From the NCBI RefSeq assembly GCF_963921235.1, contig NC_086097.1, positions 49,664,001 to 49,728,000 of the forward strand: a stretch of 64,000 nucleotides of DNA. Reading direction: 5' to 3'. Position 1 is the first letter of the stretch. The number at the start of each line of letters is the position of its first letter. Source of the DNA: Mobula hypostoma (lineage: Eukaryota). Positions 63,271-64,000 of this stretch are shown here, piece by piece. Under the pieces are notes generated by a model. The model was not told where the DNA came from. It made no database searches and worked only from the letters and a program-made list of their open reading frames with translations. The translations under genes and the position numbers were made by a program.

Positions 63271-63519
63271 AGAAGGAAGCAAACGTTGGGTTTTGGAGTT
63301 CGGGGATGAGCAAAACCCTTAATGGCTAAAAAGATTAGAATCAGAATCAGTTTTATTGCCAATAACTTATCTGATATTTAATTTGTTGTTTTGCAGCAGC
63401 AGTATAGTACCAAGACACAAAAATTACTATAAATTACTATAGATAAATTGTGCAAGTACATTGGGTTTAGGAGGTTGGGGATGACTGTTTCCTTTGATAA
63501 CTATAAAAAGATTAGGAAT

Positions 63520-63970
63520 ACTCTTAAAATACTCCATCATTGGGGACCCCCACCACCCAGGACATGCTCTCTTCTCACTGCTGCCATCAGGAAGAAGGTG
63601 CAGGAGCCTCAGGATTCACACCACCAGGTTCTGGAACAGTTACTACCCCTCAACCATCAGGCTCCTGAATCAAGGGGATAACTACATTCAACTTCATTTG
63701 ATCCCAGTGATCTCACAACCTATGGACTCACTTTCAAGGACGCTTCATCTCATGTTTTCGATATTTATTGCTTATTTATTTATTATTATTAATTTTTTTT
63801 TGTATTTGCAATTTGTTGTCTTTTGCACACTGGTTGAATTCATCCAAGTTGGTCTTTCAATGATTCTATTATGGTTATTATTTGTTGCATACATCCGGAG
63901 AAAATGACTCTCAGGGTTGTATATGGTGACATATATGTACTTTTATAATAAATTTACCTTGAACTTTGAA
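63520..63970 (+). mobile_element. Rex1/Babar 3' fragment
   Basis: DPHHPGHALFSLLPSGRRCRSLRIHTTRFWNSYYPSTIRLLN; ends AATAAATTTACCTTGAACTTTGAA. Confidence 0.88.
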
Positions 63971-64000
63971 AATGGAAATCAGGAGGGCAAAGAGAGAGCA

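Noticed and set aside
1..64000. Prokaryotic systems (CRISPR arrays, operons, defence islands), rRNA or true tRNA genes
   Set aside because: The sequence is vertebrate repeat-rich DNA with no regularly spaced repeat array; tRNA-like boxes occur only as SINE heads.

Overview
Eukaryotic, AT-rich, repeat-dense vertebrate DNA. The repeat mix (abundant CR1 LINEs, HE1/V-type SINEs, Penelope-derived short repeats, Rex1, RTE) suggests a cartilaginous fish, probably a ray; this is an inference. I found no intact host gene. Most ORF-track entries are transposon fragments or chance frames. The only recognisable host-gene sequence is two consecutive minus-strand exons of an AKT (protein kinase B) PH domain, at 7444-7569 and 2362-2473. 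They keep AKT exon sizes and intron phases but both splice sites of the intron between them are broken, so this looks like an unprocessed AKT pseudogene; its residues mix AKT1 and AKT3 features. Other points of interest: minimal hammerhead-ribozyme motifs in Penelope terminal repeats (intact at 49595-49630, CpG-decayed in many other copies); a ~100-bp-arm hairpin inside two Tigger/pogo-derived elements; a perfect 197-bp inverted duplication inside a decayed Gypsy element; a diverged ~115-bp repeat pair that matches no repeat I recognise (52299-52413 and 54704-54815); and an open Gypsy gag-protease ORF that runs off the left edge and is missing from the ORF track. Family assignments come from remembered protein and sequence motifs, not database searches. 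Boundaries of decayed repeats are approximate.
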